Assembly (NCBI GenBank): GCA_963725575.1
Contig: CAVRZQ010000034.1
Span: 32,949-96,948 of the forward strand
Source: an uncultured Acidobacteriota bacterium
Lineage (GTDB): Bacteria; Acidobacteriota; Terriglobia; Terriglobales; Acidobacteriaceae
Length of the DNA stretch: 64,000 bases
Direction: 5' to 3'
A program made the translations under genes and the position numbers. The notes under the pieces are model-generated. The model made no database searches. It had not been told where the DNA came from and saw only the letters and a list, made by a program, of their open reading frames with translations. Of the stretch, positions 1-9,582 are shown piece by piece; position 1 is the first letter of the stretch; every line of letters starts with the position of its first letter.

Positions 1-638
1 CGCGATCCGGGCCATTCTGGGCCAGCAGATCACTGTGAAGGGCGGCGACCACTCTCGCGGGCGTGCTGGTCCGGACGCTGGGGCAGCCGATCTTGGGTGC
101 GGGCGAGCTCACCCATCTCTTTCCTGCGCCTGAGGTTCTCGCTGATTCTGGCCTGGCCGGCATCGGCATGCCCAGGGCACGGATCGAAACCATCCGTGCT
201 TTCGCCCGCGCGGTTTGTGATGGCCGCATTCGCTTTGAAGGGATCGTAGCTTCCGACGAGTTCCTGGCGAGCTTGTGCGAAATTCCTGGTATCGGGAAGT
301 GGACCGCTCAATACGTGGCCATGCGGGCCCTTGGTGAGCCTGACGCGTTTCCATCTGGCGATCTTGGTCTTCTGCGAGCCCTCGGGTTAGGAACTCCACG
401 GGAACTGGAGCGACGCGCCGAAACCTGGCGGCCCTGGCGCGCGTACGCGACCATGTATCTCTGGAGCGGCCCCGGCGAGCGCACAGTTGCTGTTCGCCAG
501 TCCGCTTCGTCGAAGAGACAAAAAGCTTCGGTGGCGCGAAGCGCTTCTCACCTGAGCGAATCCCGTCGGTTTCCTGAAGCGATGCGGAGAGTGGTGACGG
601 GCGCGCCGTCGGCCTCCGTCCTTCAGTTCTTGGCTTGA
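1..638 (+). CDS. alkA: DNA-3-methyladenine glycosylase II (AlkA-type, HhH-GPD), 5' end cut by the window edge; frameshift near nt 40
   Basis: Frame 2 reads AIRAILGQQITVK. After an extra G near 38-41, frame 3 continues AATTLAGVLVRTLGQPI...EIPGIGKWTAQYVAMRALGEPDAFPSGDLGL...WRPWRAYATMYLW (helix-hairpin-helix/GPD signature). The long C-terminal tail is not obviously conserved and overlaps the convergent kinase 3' end. Confidence 0.75.
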
Positions 639-3596
639 GTCGTGAGCGCAGCGAGTTCACGCCGCGCTTCCTGTGCGGGAATAAGTCGGGGTCAGCACCC
701 TTCCAGGTATCGAGCAGCTGCTGGTAGCTCCGGGTCGCCGCAGCCCGGTCAAATTGCGCCTGTGCTCTGGCCGTTCCCAGCAGGCAGAGCGTGTAGTCGG
801 GCGCTTGTGCCGCGCCCGTGGCTCCCTCGCTCAGGGCGAGAGCACGGTAGCGGATGCCCGGCTCAAGATCGGTGACGGCCTGTTGTCCATGCTTCAACTC
901 AAGCGATGCACGACCCAGCAACTGAGGCGCCTTGCTCACGAGCAGGTAGGGACCAGCGGAGGTCAGCAGTGCCGCGACCTGATCAGGATGGTGCTGAAGA
1001 AGGGCCGCGGTGGCCTTCACTTCCGGCAGATAGATGTCGTGGACCAGCGTGTTCGCTGGCTCTTCGCCGCCAGCCGCTCGATCGCATTCAGAGCCGGGCC
1101 AGAATCGCCGCACAGCGCGAGGGCCAGGGCCGCATCCGGAACGGTTGCGACGGAATGGTCGAGGGCCAGCCCGCGATGGGCCGCGTCGCGCGCGGCACTG
1201 CAGTTGGAGATTAGGGCGTCGTGCACAGCCTTAACCGCATAGAGTCCCCCGGCCGCGTCGGCGAGGTGCTGCTGCTCGGCCTTCTGCGCACCCTGGGCCC
1301 ATTGTTGGTCCGCGTCATGCATCTTGCCCAGGAACAGGTACATGGTGGCTGCGGTCGCTTGCAACGTGAACCCGTCGGGGCGGCTGGCGGCCCATTGCAG
1401 ATGCTTCTCCCAATCGGATTTCCCCGTTAGAAACTCGTCCAGCATCGCGTTCTGATGGTAGAAAACGTCGTTGCCACCGCTTTGGTCAAGCGCTTGTTTC
1501 AGGTAGCGCTCCCCTTCCGGAACGCGGTCGATGCTGAGCAATATGCCGGCTGCGTTGTTGGCGGCCACATTGTCCCAGCGCGCGATCTCCCATGTTTTCT
1601 CAAACCCCGCGGCCGCTTGCTCGAAATCACCGACCGTCTGATACGCCGAGGCGAGATTATTCCAGGCGGCGGCATCCCGGGGATAGGTCGCCACAAACAA
1701 CTTGTACGACTGGAGGGCTTTGGGCAGGTCGTACTGTTGCAGCGCATACTGCGATTCGATATACATGCGCTCGCGCTCAGTGACACGCTCGCGCAACTCG
1801 TAGGCCTTCTTCAAGTGCTCCAGGGCTTTCGTGACGGCTCCCTGGTTTCCGTACGCCACGCCCAGGCGCGCGTATGCCATGGCAAAACTGGGGATCGAGC
1901 CGGATGGCTTGCTGGTAGAAGGACACACCCTGGGGAAAGTCACGGCCCATGCGGTGCTCTTCCTCGCCGAGTGAGAACGCGTGAAACGCCTGCAACGAGG
2001 TCGTGGTGACATTGGTATAGGGCGTCGTCAGCTTCTGAATCGATGCCATCGACTCGCCCAGGCGGGCCCTCATCGCGGTGGCCGCACTCGATACTGCCTG
2101 CAGCACAGCAGTTTTGTCCGGAGCGGTCACTTGTTCCCGCGCAAACACCTCGCCCGTCGCGCAATTCACCCCGTTGATGGAAATCACGTAGGAAGAGCCC
2201 AGGCTCGCGATCGTTCCCGCCAGGTATGCCTTGACTCCCAACCGCTGGCCGAGCTGCTGCGCCAACTCGGGGGTAATCTTCTGCTCGCGCGTCTGCCCCA
2301 GGTACTGGAGGTTGCTGTGCAGTTCCGCGTCGCTCACCAGTTGCAGCATGGGCGACTGCTCCAACTGGATCGCCAGCGCCTCTTTTAGCGTGGAGTCGAA
2401 AACCTGGTCGCCGGTTTGATTGGTGAAGTCCGCGAGAATCAGCAGGTCTTTGTCGGTCAACTGCACGGCCTGATGCTTGCGAAAGTAGAAGCCGCCAACG
2501 ATCGCCGCCAGCACTATGGCTACAGCCAGCGGGACCAACCACTGCCACCACGGCCGATGAGCAGCGGCAACCGGTACGGGCGCGCTGCCGGACGGACCGG
2601 AGTCGACCACCCGCGCCGAACCGCTGGTCTTCTGCGCGGCCGAAGGCACAGCCTCAACCTGTGGGGCACTCCGGTGTACGCAGGCTGAGAGGGCGAGCTG
2701 GACACCGCCGCATTCGTGCCCGGAGTCCAGATCGCGTTTCAGCCGCAGCAACTCCGACTTGATGTCGACCGCGTGCTGGTAGCGCAGGTCACGGTCTTTT
2801 TCCAGGGCCCGGTTGATGACGTCTTCCAGCTTCGCAGGCAGGTTCGGATTCAGCCGGATCGGCGCCAGCGGCGCCCGGTTCAGGATCTCGTCGAAGATGA
2901 CACCTGAGGTTTCTCCCGCGGAACGGAATCGCTCCGGTCGCCATTTCGTACAGCACGATGCCAAACGAAAACAGATCCGTGCGCGCATCGAGCGCCTTGC
3001 CCGCGCACCTGCTCCGGCGACATGTACGCAACCGTGCCCAGCGCCGATCCCGGACTGGTCAAATGCTGCGCGCTTTCGCCTTCCGTCTTGGTGCGCTTCG
3101 GACGGATCCAGCGCCGGCTGGGCCTCGGCGGCACTTTGGCCAACCCAAAGTCGAGAATCTTGGCGGTGCCGCGCCGGGTCACAAAAATGTTCGCCGGCTT
3201 GATGTCGCGGTGCACGATGCCCTTCGAGTGCGCCGCATCGAGCGCATCGGCCACATCGATCCCAATCGACAGCAGTCGTCTCGATCTCCAGCGGACGCAC
3301 GCCGATCAGGTGCTTCAGCGTCTCGCCTTCCAGGTACTCCATGACGATGAAGGCCTGGTCGCCGTCTTCGCCGATGTCGTAGATCGTGCAAATGTTGGGA
3401 TGATTCAGCGCCGACGCCGCCTGCGCCTCACGCCGAAAACGGCTGAGCGCGCCGGATCGCGGGTGACATCTTCGGAAGGAATTTCAGGGCGACAAAGCGG
3501 TTGCAGCCGCGTGTCTTCGGCCTTATAGACAACGCCCATCCCGCCACCGCCGAGCTTCTCGATCACTCTGTAGTGAGAGATGTTTTGACCAATCAT
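623..3596 (-). pseudogene. Ser/Thr protein kinase with TM segment and C-terminal TPR-like region; frame broken about 9 times
   Basis: Minus-strand fragments read in order: [28 protein letters not shown] (start 3596), ALNHPNI.., [50 protein letters not shown], a TM stretch WWQWLVPLAVAIVLAAIVGGFYF, TPR-like AMAYARLGVAYGNQG.., ending QEARRELAALTTQAKN* (stop 623-625). Frame switches are near 3500/3472 (compensating pair), 3445, 3275, 3000, 2925, 1890, 1075 and 684. Confidence 0.8.
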
Positions 3597-3710
3597 TTTT
3601 TCAGTGTGGGCGCAGCCTGCGAGGTCCCGGGGGTAGACCGCAGGTGAGCCATCTTAGGGGCCGAATGGAAACAAAGTCAACGAAGGAAAGCAAGTCGGCT
3701 GACGCGGGTG

Positions 3711-3893
3711 TCACCACCCGCAAAGTGCCGAGTGGGTGCTGGCGTGCCGGCGATCGCGCGGACTCGTCAAGCCCGCCGCTGCCACAGTTTCCGGACGCGG
3801 TGCGGATTTGCGCAGTGCCGCGACCATCCAACCAATTCCGACCACGAACAACAGCGTTACCGTACCCGCGACGTACATTTCGATCGCATTCAT
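3711..3893 (-). CDS. Small hypothetical membrane protein (60 aa)
   Basis: ATG at 3893 is preceded by GGAGG (ctggaggtttgccATG). The product MNAIEMYVAGTVTLLFVVGIGWMVAAL... has one clear TM helix. No homology recognised, and the C-terminus is uncertain given the indel load. Confidence 0.3.
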   Translation of the reverse strand: MNAIEMYVAGTVTLLFVVGIGWMVAALRKSAPRPETVAAAGLTSPRDRRHASTHSALCGW

Positions 3894-3920
3894 GGCAAAC
3901 CTCCAGCGAAGCACGATGCG

Positions 3921-3945
3921 GAGAAAGAGGGCGGAATCTGCGCCC
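3921..3945 (-). terminator. Weak intrinsic-terminator-like hairpin after the RRM gene
   Basis: On the minus strand, GGGCG-cagattc-CGCCC overlaps the TAG stop and is followed by TCTTTCTC. Confidence 0.4.
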
Positions 3946-4196
3946 TATTGAGCTTTCTCCTTGGCGGCATTGACCTTGAGAGCGCGGCCGCCCAGGCTGC
4001 TCCCGGTGAGCGCGGCGCACGCTTTATCAGCTTCGGCCGGATTCGTCATCTCGACGAAAGCGAAACCGCGCGGGCGTCCCGTCTGTTGATCAGTCACGAT
4101 ACTTACACGCTCTACCACTCCGTGAGTCTCAAACAGTGTTCGTAGCTCTTGCTCAGTCGTGGTAAATGCGAGATTGCCAACGTAAAGGTTCTTCAT
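3945..4196 (-). CDS. RNA-binding protein, single RRM domain
   Basis: MKNLYVGNLAFTTTEQELRTLFETHGVVERVSIVTDQQTGRPRGFAFVEM shows RNP2 (LYVGNL) and RNP1 (RGFAFVEM) motifs. 83 aa, intact. Confidence 0.9.
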   Translation of the reverse strand: MKNLYVGNLAFTTTEQELRTLFETHGVVERVSIVTDQQTGRPRGFAFVEMTNPAEADKACAALTGSSLGGRALKVNAAKEKAQ

Positions 4197-4322
4197 TTTT
4201 TCCTCATTGTGTTCTGCAAGTTGGTCGGTGAATATTCGTCCTGCACTGTGATCGACTGGAACTCAACACCCTGCCCGGCGCAGCCGTCGAGATGTTCGAC
4301 TTGTTCCGTGCGGCCAGGAGCT

Positions 4323-4754
4323 TCAGGCATGTACCCAGTCCGCAGCGGTCTCTCCGGCCTGCCGTGCCCGCGGATGATCGAGAAAGCAGCCCTGTTGAAT
4401 GTGGCGCGAATGTGCTGAAACCGTGACGTAGGGTATGCCGAGGAAGTGCCTCGCCGCGATGCCCGTCACTTCGAGGCAATTAAAGTCTTCCCTGCGGACC
4501 TGGGAGAAAATGCGTCGCATGGCCGAACGCACACTCCCCTCCTTGATCGAGCCGAAGGCACTGGCCGTGACCGTCCCCGCCATAAAGAAGGAGTTCCATC
4601 CCGCAGCCCGAACCTTGCGGTCAAGCGAAAATCCGTTGACCGCTCGGACCACGCTCCAGTTCCGCGCGTAGGCATCCGGCTCCAGACCCAGCCGCTGCGA
4701 CATCAGGGGGCGATCCTGCATCAGAATGGTCCCAGTTCGAATATTGAAAGTCAT
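4323..4754 (-). CDS. Hypothetical protein (143 aa)
   Basis: The only long ORF in this interval, with protein-like composition (..EDFNCLEVTGIAARHFLGIPYVTVSAHSRHIQQGCFLD..). I recognise no domain. Confidence 0.5.
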   Translation of the reverse strand: MTFNIRTGTILMQDRPLMSQRLGLEPDAYARNWSVVRAVNGFSLDRKVRAAGWNSFFMAGTVTASAFGSIKEGSVRSAMRRIFSQVRREDFNCLEVTGIAARHFLGIPYVTVSAHSRHIQQGCFLDHPRARQAGETAADWVHA

Positions 4755-4897
4755 CTTTTTCTTCTAAAGGAATTAATGGGTAATCTAAGAAGGGGAACTT
4801 CAGATAAGCTGACTTAGCTCAGAGACCTGAAAGAGCGGAAGGTGAATCTCACTCATACTTAACCCTAGTCTCATTGGACCGGAGAGTCAAGGAAACC

Positions 4898-4905
4898 ACA
4901 AGGTG
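4898..4905. repeat. Left copy of 8-bp direct repeat ACAAGGTG (putative target-site duplication)
   Basis: Abuts the left terminal inverted repeat. An identical octamer sits at 5303-5310, abutting the right one. Confidence 0.55.
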
Positions 4906-4914
4906 GGCAGTGGG

Positions 4915-5073
4915 CTACTTTGAATTATCTTTGGGCGGGAGAATTCCTAGCCGCTGTTCTTTCGCTTCGAGTAGATCATTGATTTCTCGCACCAATGCCA
5001 TTAGCTTCGCCGGGTCTTGTTCGATTGCGGCTTGAGCGCATAATTCCATCCATCGTTCTGTCTTATCCTGCAT
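4915..5073 (-). CDS. Small hypothetical protein (52 aa) inside the element
   Basis: Not in the ORF track (<60 aa). Hand translation: MQDKTERWMELCAQAAIEQDPAKLMALVREINDLLEAKEQRLGILPPKDNSK*. The ATG lies 2 nt after the stop of the upstream fragment and the stop lies inside the left TIR. Helical and plausible, but unverified. Confidence 0.4.
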   Translation of the reverse strand: MQDKTERWMELCAQAAIEQDPAKLMALVREINDLLEAKEQRLGILPPKDNSK

Positions 5074-5075
5074 CG

Positions 5076-5288
5076 CTATGCCGCTCTTTCCGCCCTCCGC
5101 TGTTCATAAGCTTCCCAGAGTGCCACAAGGTCATTCACATCCCAGAGCCGATCCGTCACGCCAGCGGCCATCGCTGGCGACATGCGAAGTGTACGGTGAA
5201 TTTTGATGAAATTGTAGGCAAAATAATTGAGGGCCGTCGCAGCCGCGCACCAAACTATGCCACGGGTGACCAAAGTCTCAAAATTCAA
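5076..5288 (-). pseudogene. C-terminal fragment of a DDE transposase (IS1-like tail)
   Basis: ..YNFIKIHRTLRMSPAMAAGVTDRLWDVNDLVAL.. matches, from memory, the conserved YNFxRxHxTLRxTPAMAAG..W tail seen in IS1-family-type transposases. Only about 70 aa are present and no catalytic region remains. Confidence 0.5.
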
Positions 5289-5302
5289 AGTAGCCCACTA
5301 CC

Positions 5303-5310
5303 ACAAGGTG
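5303..5310. repeat. Right copy of 8-bp direct repeat ACAAGGTG
   Basis: Identical to 4898-4905 and immediately outside the right TIR. Confidence 0.55.
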
Positions 5311-5467
5311 TGCACCCACACCCGCCCGGAAGATCTTCATCCATTTATCTGGGAGATGATGAAGAGGGTGTCGCATTATGCAGCAATATTTTAGAAGAAT
5401 CCTTGACGTCCGCACGCCACCGCAATAATTTGATAAGAAAGCCCCTGGCCGCGAAAAGGAGCGTTCG

Positions 5468-6921
5468 ATGAAGCCTGCGACGCTGTTGTTTTTCGCCCTG
5501 GGATGCGTCCTTCTGTGCGGCCTTGCGACCCGTTCTCGCGGGCAGGCACCCACCCAACCACTTGAGGCACTCACCGGATTCGACGACCAGAGTAACGGGT
5601 TTTCCGATCCCGATCGTCGCCAGGCCGACCAGAAGTTTTTCGAGGAAATCGAGCATATCGCTCCTGATGGGCTCGGTCCCCTCTACAACGCGCAGTCGTG
5701 CCGCGAATGCCATCAAACTCCGGTTACAGGCGCCGCCAGCCAGGTAGCGGAACTGCGCGTGGGCCATGTGGACGCCCACGGCTTTTTTCAGAACCCGGAG
5801 GTTCCCATCAACCACGGCGCCGAGGTGATCCGGGGCCGAACGCTGGTCAATGACCGCGCGATCTGCGCCGAGATCCAGGAGCACGCCCCGGGCACGGAAA
5901 CGGTGCAGACGACTCGACTCACCACCAACACGTTGGGCGATGGCTACGTGGAAGCGATTTCGGACGAGACCCTGCTGAAGATTCGCCAGCAACAATGCAA
6001 GGCCTCGCACGGAAAGATTTGCGGGCAAGCTGTCAAGGTGCCCGTCCCGGAGAGTGAAGGCCGCGACCGCATCGGCCGTTTTGGCTGGAAGGATCAACAT
6101 GCCAGCCTGCTGGCCTTCGCCGCCGACGCTTACCTGAACGAGATGGGAATCACCAGCAGGTTGCAGAAAGACGAAGTGACCACCCTCTGCAATCCCGCCG
6201 GTGGCCACGCAAGTCCCGAATACTGATCCGACCAGAATTACCGAACCCAACAGCTTGCCCGACCCGGCCGACAACAATCTGGAAGACATCGATCATTTTG
6301 CCAGCTTCATGCGCTCGCTGAAAGCGCCCGCGCGGGACGATGCCGTCAGCGCTGCACCCGATGTTAAGCACGGGGCTGAGTTGTTCGCGAAGATCGGCTG
6401 CAACATCTGTCACGTGGATACCATCGTCACCGGGAAAAGCCCAGCCAGTCCGGGAGGGCCGGGCTTGCACCCGGACGCGGTCGAAAACCGCACGATCCAT
6501 CCCTACAGCGACTTTCTGTTGCACAACGTGGGCACGGGCGACGGGATCGCGATTGCGCTGGTCGAACATTTCGGCCGCGAGCGCGTCGAAGAGCGTTTCC
6601 GCGAGGAGAGGGCGGCGGAAGGGAAAGCGCCCTCCGAGCACGGCCGAAGACGAGTGCAGCGAAAGCTACCAGACCGCCATTGCCGAGGGAGAAAAGCACC
6701 CAAACCTGGTGCGCGACACACTTTGTGCCCGCGACAAGATCAGGACCGCTCCGCTTTGGGGATTACGCCTGCGTTCGCGCCTGATGCACGACGGGTTTTC
6801 GGTCCAACTCGACGATGCCATCCGCCGCCACCAGGGGGAGTCCAAGCACGTCACCGAGAAGTTCCTGAAACTGAAGCCCGCGGACCAACGAGCGCTCCTG
6901 GCGTTTCTGCAATCGCTGTAG
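5468..6921 (+). CDS. Di-haem cytochrome c peroxidase-like oxidoreductase (DUF1111 family), two frameshifts
   Basis: Signal peptide MKPATLLFFALGCVLLCGLA, first haem motif CRECH, GRFGWKDQ, second CNICH, C-terminal RTAPLWGLRLRSRLMHDG...ALLAFLQSL*. Frame switches near 6200 and about 6610-6640. Confidence 0.75.
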
Positions 6922-7052
6922 CCGCCCGGGATCCGCGAGATGTACCGCGTCCTGACCTGCATGCTGTTGTCGCGGGCGCTGGATTGACACCCGGTTCCGG
7001 CGAGCCCTAGACTGGGGCTAGGTGTATTCGGTCAACGCACGATTGAGGACCC

Positions 7053-7613
<561 letters not shown>

Positions 7614-7653
7614 CCGCGCTCCGCGGGCGTGAGCGAAACGGGAGTCCGCTGCG

Positions 7654-7680
7654 GTCATCCTGAGCAGAGCGAAGGATCTG
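7654..7680. repeat. Intergenic repeat unit GTCATCCTGAGCAGAGCGAAGGATCTG
   Basis: The core CTGAGC(R)(R)AGC(C)GAAGG recurs at about 7742-7762 and 8197-8218. Confidence 0.5.
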
Positions 7681-7685
7681 TCGGC

Positions 7686-7713
7686 TGTTAGCTCTTGGCT
7701 TTTAGCCTTTAGC
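7686..7713. repeat. Tandem heptad array NNTTAGC x4 (solo copy)
   Basis: tgttagc tcttggc ttttagc ctttagc. Same unit and copy number as the arrays bracketing the four-helix-bundle gene at 28944 and 29386. Confidence 0.6.
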
Positions 7714-7723
7714 CCTTGCAAAT

Positions 7724-7779
7724 GGAGCGATGGGCAGCCTGCCCGGAGCAAAGCCGAAGGGTCTCCGCCCGTCGGCTAC
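7724..7779. repeat. GC-rich palindromic (REP-like) element, copy upstream of the Rieske gene
   Basis: GGAGCGATGGGCAGCCTGCCC..GCCGAAGGGTCTCCGCCCGTCGGCTAC. The ends can pair (GGAGCGATGGGC / GCCCGTCGGCT). Clearly similar by eye over its length to 8179-8234. Confidence 0.6.
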
Positions 7780-7838
7780 ACCTGATACTCGCTATCTTGA
7801 GCGAGCGCAAACAAGCGACCTTTGAATCCTGTGCCAAC

Positions 7839-8144
7839 ATGCCCTTCGTAAAGATCGCCGCCCAATCCGAGCTTCCCCCAAACAATGAAGCCAAAGAGTT
7901 CCCCTGCGGCGACAAAATGGTTTGTGTCGCCAACGTGAACGGCACGATTACCGCCATGGATAACGTCTGCCTGCACCGCGGCGGCCCCTTGGGACAGGGC
8001 GTCATCGAGAAGGGAAAAGTCGTATGTCCGTGGCACGGGTGGGCATGGGACCCGCAGACCGGCCAGGCAGTACACAACCCGACCGCTAAACTCGCCGTCT
8101 ATCCTTTGAAAATTGAAAATGGCGACGCGCTAGTCGATATCTGA
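7839..8144 (+). CDS. Rieske [2Fe-2S] domain protein, NirD-like small ferredoxin (102 aa)
   Basis: CLHRGGPL...CPWHGWAWD Rieske ligands. Start moved to ATG 7839, because the track ORF from 7716 runs through the repeat element. Confidence 0.85.
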   Translation: MPFVKIAAQSELPPNNEAKEFPCGDKMVCVANVNGTITAMDNVCLHRGGPLGQGVIEKGKVVCPWHGWAWDPQTGQAVHNPTAKLAVYPLKIENGDALVDI

Positions 8145-8178
8145 TTAGCCTGAGGAAGCGGTCTGCAACTTTGCTTAT

Positions 8179-8234
8179 GGAACGATGGGCAGCCTGCCCT
8201 GAGCGAAAGCCGAAGGTTCCCCGCCCGTCGCTCC
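8179..8234. repeat. GC-rich palindromic (REP-like) element, copy downstream of the Rieske gene
   Basis: GGAACGATGGGCAGCCTGCCCTGAGCGAAAGCCGAAGGTTCCCCGCCCGTCGCTCC. Contains the reverse complement of the 13-mer GGAGCGACGGGCG (8222-8234). Confidence 0.6.
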
Positions 8235-8242
8235 ATCTCGAG

Positions 8243-9488
8243 TCAGCCGAAGTATCTTAAAAAACTGCCAGACGGGTTTTCGAAACCGGGGAATACTTGG
8301 TCCAGCCTTGTATTGCCCAGATGTCGCGATACCGCCTCGCCTAGCACCCGGCGAAAATCCGTCGTGACTGCCAGGTCGCGCCCTTCGTAGAGTTGCGACT
8401 GCTCAAGCCCGGGCCAATGGCCGTAAACCTTGCCGCCCTTTACCGGGCCTCCCATGACAAACATGACGTTGGCGTGGCCGTGGTCGGTGCCCCGGTTGCC
8501 ATTTTCGCGTGCGGTCCGACCGAATTCCGACATGGTGACGACCACCGTCTCCTCAGCCAGGTCGCCGAGATCGATCCAGAACGCCGACAACGACTGCGAG
8601 AATTCGCGCAGCACGTTTGCGATCTGCCCCTGCGTGCTGCCTTCATTGACGTGGTGATCCCAGCCGCTGATGTCGGCGAATGCCACCTGCACGCCGAGGT
8701 TCGCCTTGATCAACTGGGCGAGTTGCTTGAGGCTGTCCGCAAATCGTCCGCGCGGGTAGTCTGCGGCCGCGGCCGGCTTGTACTTCGCCGGATCGGCCGC
8801 TTTCAGCATCTTCACCGCGTCAAACGTTTCCTGGCCCGTGCCATGCAGCACCGTGTCCACCGACTGGTCGTACATCGCTTCGAACGTATTCGCAATGGGC
8901 GTGGCGTTCGGATTGCGTCCGCCTACTCCAAAGTCGTTGATATTGGTTACGGCCACTGCCCGCTCGGCGCCGGTCAAAATGCGGGGCAGGGCTGGGCCAA
9001 GCGCGATCGCTCGAAAAGCCGATTTATCGGAGGCGGCAGGCAGCGAGTGCAGCGCCCGGTTCAGCCAGCCGTCTGCAGTGGCTTTTAGGCCTGGCGTGCC
9101 GGATTCCATGAAATCCTGCGCGTCGAAGTGCGAGCGCGTAGGATCGGGCGAGCCCGTCGCATGCACGATGGCCAGTTGCCGCTGGTTCCATATCGGCTGC
9201 AGCGCCGTCATGGACGGATGCAGTCCGAAGAAGCCGTCAAGGTCGAGCACGTCCTGGCGCGGAATGTTGATGCTCGGACGCATGGCGTAGTAGGCCCGCT
9301 CACCGTGCGGCACGACAATGTTCAGGCCATCCGCGGCGCCACGCTGGAAGATCACAACCAGCCGCTTGGTCCGGGAGCCAGGCTCGACCGAGCCAAACAG
9401 CGGCGCGCGTCAGGAAACTCGGGATCGCGGCCGTGCCCACGACCGCAAGGGCGCTATTGCGAAGGAATACGCGACGGGTGACAGGCAT
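8243..9488 (-). CDS. DUF1501 family protein (sulfatase-like fold) with Tat signal; one frameshift
   Basis: N-terminus MPVTRRVFLRNSALAVVGTAAIPSFLTRA is a twin-arginine signal. After a switch near 9400 it continues LFGSVEPGSRTKRLVVIFQRGAADGLN...SEFGRTARENGNRGTDHGHAN. Confidence 0.85.
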
Positions 9489-9582
9489 AGACACTCCAAT
9501 TCTCGAAGGCTGTCTCAGTTCTCGGTTCTTAGTCGATCCTCTCTCAGCTTTCAGCATCGAGGTCTGGTAGCTGACGGCTGCC

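Larger units (their letters stand above)
4906..5302. mobile_element. 397-bp MITE-like element / internally deleted IS remnant with 21-bp terminal inverted repeats
   Basis: 4906-4926 GGCAGTGGGCTACTTTGAATT matches the reverse complement of 5282-5302 (GGTAGTGGGCTACTTTGAATT) at 20/21. It is flanked by the ACAAGGTG direct repeat. The interior is lower in GC than the surroundings and carries a transposase C-terminal fragment. Confidence 0.55.

Noticed and set aside
4811-4850. tRNA-like TAGCTCAG motif
   Set aside because: There is no acceptor stem pairing, the would-be D-loop is too long, and no T-arm/GTTCGAATC-type loop follows.
7716-7838. N-terminal extension of the Rieske ORF
   Set aside because: It translates the REP-like repeat. 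Rieske homology begins at the ATG at 7839.
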